Part shown: in pieces, positions 1-9,159 of the stretch | Layout: every line of letters begins with the position of its first letter | Position numbering within the stretch: the stretch's first letter is position 1 | DNA from: Candidatus Nitrosopumilus koreensis AR1 | Lineage (GTDB): Archaea; Thermoproteota; Nitrososphaeria; Nitrososphaerales; Nitrosopumilaceae | DNA length: 32,000 bases | NCBI RefSeq assembly: GCF_000299365.1 | Contig: NC_018655.1 | Location: forward strand, 1,230,001 to 1,262,000 | Direction of reading: 5' to 3' | The notes under the pieces: generated by a model | What the model was told of the DNA's origin: nothing | The model's database searches: none | What the model saw: the letters and a program-made list of their open reading frames with translations, nothing else | Program-made: the position numbers and the translations under genes

Positions 1-82
1 TCTCAAAATGCATCAAAGTTTGTTCCATAATAGAATTTTAGATTTGAAAGATATTCATTTCAGTATACAGAGACGATAGATA

Positions 83-775
83 ATGGGTTTAGGAAGTAAT
101 TATTGGGGCGAAGTAATAGAGGTACTTCGTGAAATCATTCCAGTTTATGACAAGGTTAATTCAATTATTTCATTAGGAAAAGATGTAGAGCATCGTAATC
201 GTGGAATTTCACAAAGAGTTTTTCCAGGAAATAAAATACTAGACGCAGGTTCAGGCTTTGGCAACATGTCAAAGACAGCATTGAAGCTTACTGATGGTAA
301 AATTTCAGTTACACTTTATGATCCACTAGTTCCGATGTTAAAAAATACAGGTTCCCATTTTGAAAAAACACCTGACATGGCAAATGGTGTTTTTGAACAT
401 ATTCCATTTAAAGACGAAGAATTTGATGCAGTACTATGCGGTTATTCTTTACGAGACGCAATAAATTTGAGAATTGCAATTTCTGAAATCCACAGGGTCT
501 TGAAAAAAGAAGGACGGTTTGTTATTGTAGATTTGGGAAAGCCCGATAGTGCATTCATCAGAGCAGGAGTTGCATTTTATCTTAGATGTATTTTACCAAT
601 CCTTGCATTTACTGCAGGAGGTAAGCTTGGATTAAAATTTGGAACGCTCTATGGAACTTTCAAGAGATGGCCTCAAAATAAAAAGCTGGAAGGCTTGCTG
701 TTAGAGAAATTCTCCAGGGTAGAATTTGAGAAAGACCTTATGGGTGGAGCAATCATGGTTGCAGCATACAAATGA
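83..775 (+). CDS. class I SAM-dependent methyltransferase (UbiE/MenG-like)
   Basis: SAM-binding motif ILDAGSGFGNMS, post-motif LKKEGRFVIVDLGKP; 230 aa ORF. Confidence 0.85.
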   Translation: MGLGSNYWGEVIEVLREIIPVYDKVNSIISLGKDVEHRNRGISQRVFPGNKILDAGSGFGNMSKTALKLTDGKISVTLYDPLVPMLKNTGSHFEKTPDMANGVFEHIPFKDEEFDAVLCGYSLRDAINLRIAISEIHRVLKKEGRFVIVDLGKPDSAFIRAGVAFYLRCILPILAFTAGGKLGLKFGTLYGTFKRWPQNKKLEGLLLEKFSRVEFEKDLMGGAIMVAAYK

Positions 776-1926
776 ACAAAGTTCTGATTCTAGTAAACAT
801 CACTGGACTAATCATTGGGATTTCGTATGGACTACACGGACCAATCCTTCCAGTGTTTGCAAAAAACATCATAGGTGCATCATACTCTGAATTAGGGTTT
901 ATCGGATTAGCTAATTTCATCCCCTACATGTTTATTCCATTATTTGTAGGGATTCTTCTTGATAGGTTTAACAACGGATACCTTTTAGCATTAGGTGCTG
1001 CGATAAATTCTGCATCAATTTACCTACTATCAATTGCACAATCAGTTCCAGAAATCATGGGATTTAGGATAATGACAGGTGTGGCTCATGCATTTTTTTG
1101 GCCTCCATGTGAATCAATCATATCAAATGAGAGTTCTGAGAAAAACAGAGTAAGAAACATTTCATGGTTTACAATGTTTTTTGTCATTGGGTTCATGGTA
1201 GGACCACTGCTTGGAACCGTATTTTTAGAGGGACTAGACATAACATACAGAATTCTATTTCAGATTACTGCATTTATTCTGGCTACTGCATTGATTTCTG
1301 CAATTCTTGTCTCAAGAAAAAGTGTTAGAAATCATCACGAGCATTTTTCATTTTCATCAATCAAAGAGATGAAGAGGTTTCCAGAAGCCATAGTCTTGTT
1401 GCTTTTTTGCACATCATCATTTGGCATAGTTCTGACAATCTATCCAGCATTTCTAAATGATAATGGAATGACAGATACTGACATTTTGTTACTATTTTTT
1501 ATTTTTGGAATTTCGCGGGTAGTGTCACTAGCATTAGCAGGAAAGCTTGCAAGAAAAACTAGTCATACCTTGATTGCTGCAGTATCTGCAATATCAATAG
1601 GACTTGCAATTTCGGCTGTTGCAGATTCCATCGTGGGATTTGCAGTGGCATTAGTACTGATGGGATTCGGGTTTAGTATATTTTTCCCACTTACTTTGGA
1701 GATAGTTTTGAGTAGGACCAAAAAAGGAATATCAGGAAAAATTATTGGTGCATATGAAACAGTTTTTGGGATGGGTTGGGTAATAGGACCAACAATCGGA
1801 GGTCCAATAACACAATCTCTCGGAGCCAACACACCATACTTGATATTTTGTGTTATAGGGGTTGGAGTAGCACTGCTTGCAACAATATCAAGAAAGAAAT
1901 TAGAACCTCAAAGGACCGTGTATTAG
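772..1926 (+). CDS. MFS transporter
   Basis: Twelve-TM-like hydrophobic pattern, MFS loop FVGILLDRFNNG, C-half repeat; ATGA overlap with the upstream methyltransferase. Confidence 0.88.
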   Translation: MNKVLILVNITGLIIGISYGLHGPILPVFAKNIIGASYSELGFIGLANFIPYMFIPLFVGILLDRFNNGYLLALGAAINSASIYLLSIAQSVPEIMGFRIMTGVAHAFFWPPCESIISNESSEKNRVRNISWFTMFFVIGFMVGPLLGTVFLEGLDITYRILFQITAFILATALISAILVSRKSVRNHHEHFSFSSIKEMKRFPEAIVLLLFCTSSFGIVLTIYPAFLNDNGMTDTDILLLFFIFGISRVVSLALAGKLARKTSHTLIAAVSAISIGLAISAVADSIVGFAVALVLMGFGFSIFFPLTLEIVLSRTKKGISGKIIGAYETVFGMGWVIGPTIGGPITQSLGANTPYLIFCVIGVGVALLATISRKKLEPQRTVY

Positions 1927-2237
1927 ATATCCATTGTTCCACGTTTCTTAGTACAGATATCTAGTGCATCAACTACTTCTGTAACAAAGACTTTACCGTC
2001 ACCTTTAGTTCCGGTACATGCTACATTGGCAATTGCATTAATTATTTCATCTACTTTAGGATCATCAACTACACAGATTATCATTTCTCTGCTAAAGAAT
2101 TCTCCAACTAAAGGAGGATCTTGTGAACCTTGACCCTGAACTTGATGAACAGTTACACCACCAACACCAATTTTTTTGATTGCAGCAATAACTGCATCTT
2201 TCTTTCCAGATGGAACTATTGTTTCAATTTTCTTCAT
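1923..2237 (-). CDS. P-II family (GlnB/GlnK-like) nitrogen regulatory protein, divergent
   Basis: MKKIETIVPSGKKDAVIAAIKKIGVGGVTVHQVQGQG...TGTKGDGKVFVTEVVDALDICTKKRG matches P-II N-terminal and C-terminal signatures; T-loop short. Confidence 0.8.
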   Translation of the reverse strand: MKKIETIVPSGKKDAVIAAIKKIGVGGVTVHQVQGQGSQDPPLVGEFFSREMIICVVDDPKVDEIINAIANVACTGTKGDGKVFVTEVVDALDICTKKRGTMDI

Positions 2238-2364
2238 AAATGTAAACTGTTTTGAATTTATTTAAATCAATAACTACTTCTCATTCGTGATATTGAGAAA
2301 AAATTGAAGATATAGGCATAAACACAGACATTACGTTTAATTTCAAATTAAGGTACACAAGAAT

Positions 2365-2712
2365 ATGATAGATCATTTGCTAAACATAGGAGGTAGTGAA
2401 TGGATAATCATAATTTTTGTTGCGCTAGTTTTGATTTTAGGTACAGGAAAACTTCCAGGTGCAGCAAGAAAACTTGGAAAAGCAGTTAACGAATACAACA
2501 AGGCAAAAAACGATATTCAAGAAAGCATGAAAGAAGTTACAGAGGAGACACCAAAGATTTCAGGACCAGTAGAATCAGAGAGACAAAAACTAGAGACAAT
2601 TGCAAAATCAATAGGAGTCAAAACAGAAGGTAAAACAGATGATGAGTTAAGAAAAATCATTTCAAATAAAATTGGCCAAAAGAAGATAGATGAGCCAGAA
2701 AACAACCAATAA
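2365..2712 (+). CDS. tatA: Sec-independent protein translocase TatA/E
   Basis: Short N-terminal TM followed by GTGKLPGAARKLGKAVNEY amphipathic signature. Confidence 0.88.
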   Translation: MIDHLLNIGGSEWIIIIFVALVLILGTGKLPGAARKLGKAVNEYNKAKNDIQESMKEVTEETPKISGPVESERQKLETIAKSIGVKTEGKTDDELRKIISNKIGQKKIDEPENNQ

Positions 2713-3507
2713 CTATTTTGATTTTTTAATTCGATACAAATCTTTGTCTAGTCGTTTTTTTGCAAATTTGTAATAATCAGGAACAATTTCAAATCCAAGA
2801 AATCTTCTGTTAAGCGATTTACTCACAACAGCAACTTGCCCTGAACCAAGAAAAGGATCTAATACAATGTCTTTTTTTTCACTAGAATATTCCAAGAGTT
2901 TTTGTATTAATTCTGAAGGAAGTTTTGTTGGTGTTTTTTCATCACCAGTCCAATATTCTCGTTTGATATCCCATACATCCTCCTTGTCCTTATAATGAAG
3001 ACTACGCCCATCTTTTGTTTTATCTTCCTTTTTGAACCTAGAAAATGGAAAGAATTTCCGTTTTTTATCATCTTTGCAAACATAGATACAATGATAGTGA
3101 GATGTAACAAATTTCCTTTTAGTTACCACGCCAAACTGGTATTTCCAAATGATGTGGTTAATGGTAATAAAACCAACATCATCTAATGCTTGTAAAATAT
3201 CCTTCAAATTGTTCCATCCTGAGAAAACATACATGCTTCCCGAATCCTTTAGAATTCGAAAAATCTCACTCATCCACATAAATGTAAAATCATAGTAATC
3301 TTCAGGTTTGATTTCATTGTATCCAGATATAACACGAGAGGATGTCCTGTTGTAATTTGCTTTTTTTGCCTTGAAATTTATGGCAAAAGGTGGATCAGTA
3401 ATAACTAGATCAATCTTGTTTTTAGGAATAGATTTCATTCCTTCTATACAGTTTTGATTGTAAATTTTGTTAATCTCAATTTTTTTCAATTTTAAGTTCA
3501 AGACCAT
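2713..3507 (-). CDS. site-specific DNA methyltransferase (DPPF, beta-like motif order)
   Basis: VDLVITDPPF near the N-terminus and VLDPFLGSGQVAV near the C-terminus. Confidence 0.88.
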   Translation of the reverse strand: MVLNLKLKKIEINKIYNQNCIEGMKSIPKNKIDLVITDPPFAINFKAKKANYNRTSSRVISGYNEIKPEDYYDFTFMWMSEIFRILKDSGSMYVFSGWNNLKDILQALDDVGFITINHIIWKYQFGVVTKRKFVTSHYHCIYVCKDDKKRKFFPFSRFKKEDKTKDGRSLHYKDKEDVWDIKREYWTGDEKTPTKLPSELIQKLLEYSSEKKDIVLDPFLGSGQVAVVSKSLNRRFLGFEIVPDYYKFAKKRLDKDLYRIKKSK

Positions 3508-3583
3508 ACTCTAGCATAATAATGTCATGGGTAAATTCTATGAAGTAACAATAAATCACTAATCATTTCTTAGCAAATAGATC

Positions 3584-6093
3584 TTGAAACTATCATGTCC
3601 CAAATGCAAGTCCAAAATAGAGATTCAAAAGACTTTCAATAAAAAAATGCATGTATCTTGTGGAAATTGTGGAATAGAAGACCTGCTAGAATTTTCAAAA
3701 AACATAGACGAGGTGTTTTTAGAGTTTCTTTCAAGATACGACAAGGGCTTAGTAGTTGAAAATGGATTGTCTGAAGGTCTCAAAAATGAAGGAATTGTAC
3801 GTGATGAAAGCGAAATTAGAGATATGATTGGCAAAAACAAACCAGACAAAATAACTGAAGAAATTTTATTTTCAAAAAAAGATTATGTCTCGCAATACAA
3901 AGTTTTGAGCAATCCTGAGCCCAAGATGGGCTCTAAAGTAGAAGATTTAGGGTTAGATGAGGCAATTACCAAACACCTCAAGGAATTAGGAATTAATCAA
4001 TTTTACAAATTTCAAGAAGAGGCAATCATGGAAATTGCATATGGGGAAAATATTGTCATTGAAGCACCTACTGCTTCAGGAAAAACAGAGGCATTTTTAA
4101 TTCCAGTTATTCAAAAAATTAAAAAAATACAAGTGATGGCAAGGTCTTTGCAATTTTTGTTTATCCAACAAAGGCACTTGCAAGAGATCAGTTTCCAAAG
4201 ATCAAAAAATTTGCAGAAAAAATTGGAATTAACGTAAAGGTGTTTGACGGAGATACAAAGATTACAGAAAGAAGAGACATCATAGACAATCCTCCACACA
4301 TTCTTGTAACAAACTTTGATGTTTTACATTATCACATGTGGCATCAAACGAAATTTTCATCAATACTCAGTTCCACAAGAATTTTGGTAACAGATGAAGC
4401 ACATGTGTATTCAGGTATTTTTGGCTCTAATGTACACTACATCATAAAAAGGCTCAAAAGAATTTGCACAAACAAACTGCAGTTTGTAGCCGCATCAGCC
4501 ACACTAGATGATGCCAAAGGATTCTGTGAGAAACTGTTTGGAGAAAAAATGCAAAAAATTCAAGGCTCTGGAAAAAAAGGCCAAACAGACTTTGCAATGT
4601 TGTTTCCATCACTTCGGACACAAAGATCACTGATGGTTGAATTGACAAAAAAGCTTACTCAAAAAAATCACAAAACTATGGTCTTTAATAACTCACATCT
4701 AAATTCTGAATTACTAGCTATTCAAGCCAAAAAACAAAAAGTCAACATCAAGGTTCACAGGGCCGGATTAATGGCAAATTATCGAACATTTGTTGAAAAA
4801 CAGTTCAAAGAAGACATGCTTGATGCAATTTCATGCACACCTACTCTTGAATTGGGCATAGATGTAGGAAATGTTGATTGTGTGATATCATCAACCATAC
4901 CAGTAAATCGACTTATTCAGAGAATAGGTAGGGCTGCAAGAAAGGGACAGAAAGGATATGCGTTTTTGACATTAGGAAATGATCCAATTTCACAATACTA
5001 CAAAAATCACCCTGATGACTATTTTGAGGATGTAGAGAAAACATACATCGATCCCAAAAATCCCTTTGTAGAAGAATTTCAAGTGTTGGCAATGGCTTGT
5101 GACAGACCAATATCAAAACATGAGCTCAAAGAACACCAAGAAGTAATAGAGCACCACATCATCAAAGGAACACTAAAAGAATTCAACAATAGAATAATTC
5201 CAAATTTTGACAAAATTAATTCTATTCTCAACGAATACAGCATAAGAGGAATAGGAAAATCAGTAGACATTTTCTTAAATAACAAAAAAGTAGGAGATAG
5301 AATTCTGCCAATCGCACTAGAAGAACTGCATAAAGATGCAATCTATTTTCTAGCAGGAATTAGATACAAAGTAAAAGAGTTTGACTATCCAGAAAAAAAT
5401 TATGCAAAGATTGAGAAAATTCCCAGAGATTATCCATACTATACAAAGGCATTAACTGAAGAGTGGCCCACAATTGAAACAGTTTTTGAGAAAAGAGAAG
5501 CAGGTGGAGTTGAAGTTGCATTTTGTAAATTACATATTGAGAAAAAAGTATATGGATATGTCAATATCGAACTTGGACAAGAAGTAGCTCAAGGAGAAAA
5601 AGTTCTACTAGAAAATCCACTAGAATATAATTTCGTTACAAAGGGAATTGTATTTCATGCACCAAGACCTCTCAAAGTAATAGAAGAGTCTGAAGATGAA
5701 GAATACACAGAGGCAAGCGGATATCATGCAACTGAACATGTGGTAATTGAAGGAAGCAATATGATCACAGGAGGGGCATCTCAAGACTTGGGCGGCATAT
5801 CACTAGGCACATCAGGCTTGATTTTCATTTATGATGGAGCAATTGGCGGAAGTGGTGCAAGCAAAGCACTCTATGACAGATTTGAGAAAGCACTTGAAAG
5901 AAGTATGTTTATTGTAAAGGAATGTCCATGCAAAAACGAAGCAGGCTGTCCTCGATGTACGTTCTCATACAGATGTGGAAACAACAATGAGTACTTGCAC
6001 AAATATTCTTCTTTAGAAATTTTGGAGAGAATTAACAATGGTGAAAAAACACAACTAATTGATCCTACAGAAGGAGACAGGCCTCTTGTTTGA
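3584..6093 (+). CDS. DEAD/DEAH-box helicase with DUF1998-like C-terminus (MrfA/Hrq1-like), interrupted by a frameshift near 4121-4127
   Basis: Two ORFs (3584..4237, 4240..6093) in different frames form one protein: N-terminal Cys4, APTASGKTEA (Walker A), TDEAH, helicase-C LGIDVGNVDCVIS...QRIGRAAR, C-terminal CPCKNEAGCPRC. The second frame continues upstream as AIFVYPTKALARDQFPKIKKFAEKIGINVKVFDGD. Confidence 0.85.
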
Positions 6094-6132
6094 ATCAAAA
6101 TGGGATAAATATAACAGAAAATTATAATCATC

Positions 6133-6963
6133 ATGGAAAAAGTAGCTCTAGTTACCGGGAGTTCTTCTGGAATTGGATTAGAGACGGCATTAGCACTTGC
6201 AAAAGATGGATATCATACATTTGCAAGTATGAGGGATGTATCAAAAGCAGGTGAATTAGAAAACGCTGCAAAAAAAGAAAATCTTCCAATTGAAGTGATA
6301 GAGCTTGACGTTGATAAAGAAGAATCTATCACATCAGCTGTTAAAAAAGTAATTGAAGATGCTGGAAGATTAGATGTTTTAGTAAATAATGCAGGATATG
6401 GACAATTTGGATGTACAGAAGATGTTTCAGTAGATGACTTTAGAAAACAGTTTGAAACTAATTTCTTTAGCGTTGTAAGAATCATTCAAGAGGTTGCACC
6501 AATTATGAGAAATCAAAATTCAGGAATTATTGTAAACATTAGTTCAGTAGCTGGAAGAATGGGATTACCAGGATCTCCTGCATATATCAGTTCAAAGTTT
6601 GCATTAGAAGGATTAGGCGAATGTTTACGATATGAGCTTGGTCAATTTGGAATCAAGACAACCCTAATTGAGCCAGGTGTAATCAAGACAAACTTTTTTG
6701 AATCAATGAGAGTTCCAGATTCAAAATCAGATCCAAAATACAAAGAGTTGACAGACCACATTCTTTCAGGACTAAAAATGATGGTTCAGATGGGAACTGC
6801 GCCATCACAGGTAGCAGAAGTGATCATCAAGGCGATTCATGATGATGAGATGCTTCCAAGATATGTTGTTGGGACAGACGCTGCCATGTTTATGGAGGCA
6901 AAAAAAATGAAAACAGACTTGGAATTTGAGAAATATATGAGCAAAGAATTATTTCCAAGTTAA
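6133..6963 (+). CDS. short-chain dehydrogenase/reductase
   Basis: VTGSSSGIG, NNAG, S...YISSK catalytic pattern. Confidence 0.92.
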   Translation: MEKVALVTGSSSGIGLETALALAKDGYHTFASMRDVSKAGELENAAKKENLPIEVIELDVDKEESITSAVKKVIEDAGRLDVLVNNAGYGQFGCTEDVSVDDFRKQFETNFFSVVRIIQEVAPIMRNQNSGIIVNISSVAGRMGLPGSPAYISSKFALEGLGECLRYELGQFGIKTTLIEPGVIKTNFFESMRVPDSKSDPKYKELTDHILSGLKMMVQMGTAPSQVAEVIIKAIHDDEMLPRYVVGTDAAMFMEAKKMKTDLEFEKYMSKELFPS

Positions 6964-7055
6964 AATATTTGAGTCACTGAATTTTACAAAAAACATGTCA
7001 ACTAAACATTTTTGATTCTAATGGAAAGACAAAACATAGAGTCTAAGAAGACTTT

Positions 7056-7877
7056 TCAGATTTGACAGATGACTTCACTTGATGTCCCACCATCATAAAG
7101 ATGAATTATTGCATCAATAGTACAATCAGAGATATAAGGAAAATCAGTTTCAATAGAGGGATACATAAGATCTTCAGGCGCTGTAGAATGCGCAAGACCA
7201 AATGCATGTCCAAGTTCATGACGCAATATTGTTTTAAATTGAGAATCAGAAAGATTATCTGTTTCAAAAATTACTATATGTGATTTTAAAATTTGGTTTT
7301 GTGTATCATCGGTTATTGATTTGGTCCAACCGGAATACCCATCACCATTTCTGAAATTAGAGAGTTCAATTGTAATATCACCTTCACCATTTTTTGAATT
7401 TATCAATTCAATGTTTATAGGAATAAACAATTCAGTATCTTGCTTTTCTGAAGCTGCTTCTAGTGCACCTTTCCATCCAAGATAATACGTAGACATAGTA
7501 CCCTCAGGTCCTTTATGTAGTAATGAGTTGTCAATTTCAATTGTTTCGCCTGACAAGAGGACGGATTTTATTAATTCAATTTTTTCAGAATGCTTTTCAC
7601 CATTAAGTATATTGACATATAGCGTATCACCATCTACCAACCTCCAAGAGAGATGAGTGTCAATTGTGTCTCCTTTCAAATTTTGAATGAAATATCCCGT
7701 ATTTGTCAATGAATTCAATTCAACTTGGTGTTCTTCACCAACCACGGATGTGAAAAATAATGAAGAAAGTATCAGCACTCCAGATAAAATGGATGTAATT
7801 AAAACAAGATTCTTTTTAAATACGTTGTTTTTTTTTCCATGATTTGTTTCGTCAAGAAACAGAATTATCTTTGTCAA
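7056..7877 (-). CDS. membrane-anchored/secreted matrixin-like zinc metalloprotease
   Basis: HELGHAFGLAHS (HExxHxxGxxH) followed by DLMYP Met-turn; N-terminal hydrophobic segment. Confidence 0.82.
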   Translation of the reverse strand: MTKIILFLDETNHGKKNNVFKKNLVLITSILSGVLILSSLFFTSVVGEEHQVELNSLTNTGYFIQNLKGDTIDTHLSWRLVDGDTLYVNILNGEKHSEKIELIKSVLLSGETIEIDNSLLHKGPEGTMSTYYLGWKGALEAASEKQDTELFIPINIELINSKNGEGDITIELSNFRNGDGYSGWTKSITDDTQNQILKSHIVIFETDNLSDSQFKTILRHELGHAFGLAHSTAPEDLMYPSIETDFPYISDCTIDAIIHLYDGGTSSEVICQI

Positions 7878-7922
7878 TTCACTCCCTCTCGCACCTTATG
7901 AATTACTTATTTAATATAACAT

Positions 7923-8753
7923 ATGATCAAGTTATGGAGGGGTAAATTGGAAATAAAATATAATGGAAATTTAACATATTACAAATACACACTAATCAAA
8001 AAATGGGACAAAAATTTTAAGAATAACAAAAGAAGAAACTTAAAGTTTGTAAATGAAGTGTTGACATTATTTTGTTTTAATAATGAATTAACATCTTGGG
8101 AAGCAGCAAAAAAAATTTCAAAGAAGAATTTTGAATCAATTAATAAAAATGAAAAAAAAATAAAGAGATTATTTGTAGGACGGATGGATAATGGGACAAA
8201 ATATGAAGGGTTATTACAAAACGAAATTATAATTAACATTAAAAATAAAAAAAATAACAAATATAGAATTTCTTTGTTTGGGTTGTTGTATTGTTTAACA
8301 TATTTGAAGCTGACCAATAAAGAGATTGATAACATAGCAAAAATGCATCAAAAACTACTCCCAAAAATTTTTAGTCGTTGGGATGAAATGAAAGAAAAGG
8401 GAGATGAATGTTACAGATTACGATTGTTATCAAGAGGGCTACTACTAGATCGATTTGACATGATTAATGATAGAAAATTTCCAACGATGGAAATGTTATT
8501 TTATTTACATATGAAATTTTTAAAATATTCAGAAATGTGTCATGAAAAGGATTTGGCAGAGGAGATATCATATTGGTTTTATATCACATATTTTTATTCA
8601 AAAAGATCATATTCAATTCAAGAAAAAAATAACTTTAAAAAAATTCTTAACAAAAATCCGTCAATAAATACATGGTTCAAAAAATTTTTGTTCGAAACCA
8701 AAAAATATTTTAAAAAAAGTAACACAATATTGGTTAAAAATGAATGGGTTTAA
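7923..8753 (+). CDS. hypothetical protein, possible wHTH-like N-terminal region
   Basis: 276 aa Lys/Asn-rich ORF, 15 nt upstream of and co-directional with a REC protein gene. Confidence 0.65.
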   Translation: MIKLWRGKLEIKYNGNLTYYKYTLIKKWDKNFKNNKRRNLKFVNEVLTLFCFNNELTSWEAAKKISKKNFESINKNEKKIKRLFVGRMDNGTKYEGLLQNEIIINIKNKKNNKYRISLFGLLYCLTYLKLTNKEIDNIAKMHQKLLPKIFSRWDEMKEKGDECYRLRLLSRGLLLDRFDMINDRKFPTMEMLFYLHMKFLKYSEMCHEKDLAEEISYWFYITYFYSKRSYSIQEKNNFKKILNKNPSINTWFKKFLFETKKYFKKSNTILVKNEWV

Positions 8754-8768
8754 GAGCAATAGAGGGTA

Positions 8769-9155
8769 TTGAAAGGTATGAGTTTAAAAAAGAAAGTTTT
8801 GGTTATTGACGATGATAAAGAAGTGTTAGAAACCACTTCAGCTATGATAGAAATGTTTGGGTATGATACAATTCAGGCAGAGAATGGATTTGATGGAATT
8901 GAGAAATTAATAGAAAAACCAGATCTGGTGTTAATGGATGGAAGAATGCCAGGTATGGATGGATATGAGACATTTAAAAAAATGAGGGAAAACGATGCAA
9001 GAATCAACGTTATTTTTATGACTGCGTATAAAGACGACGAAAAGTGGAAAGAAGCAAAAAAAAATTGTGCCATATATAATATTCAGAAGCCTTTTGAGCC
9101 AAAATTTTTAGAAGAATTAATCAAAAGACACGTAAATCAAATTACAAATTGTTAG
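8769..9155 (+). CDS. stand-alone response regulator receiver (REC) protein
   Basis: VLVIDDDKEVLETT, LVLMDGRMPGMDGYE, FMTAYKDDEKW, IQKPFEPKF. Confidence 0.92.
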   Translation: MKGMSLKKKVLVIDDDKEVLETTSAMIEMFGYDTIQAENGFDGIEKLIEKPDLVLMDGRMPGMDGYETFKKMRENDARINVIFMTAYKDDEKWKEAKKNCAIYNIQKPFEPKFLEELIKRHVNQITNC

Positions 9156-9159
9156 AAAA

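Noticed and set aside
1563-1832. Antisense ORFs inside MFS, tatA, helicase, SDR, kinase, topoisomerase and secreted-protein genes (e.g. 2517..2705, 4913..5116, 5871..6134, 6213..6485, 9686..9973, 11782..11979, 13397..13624, 15361..15642)
   Set aside because: All overlap well-supported genes on the other strand and lack recognisable domains.
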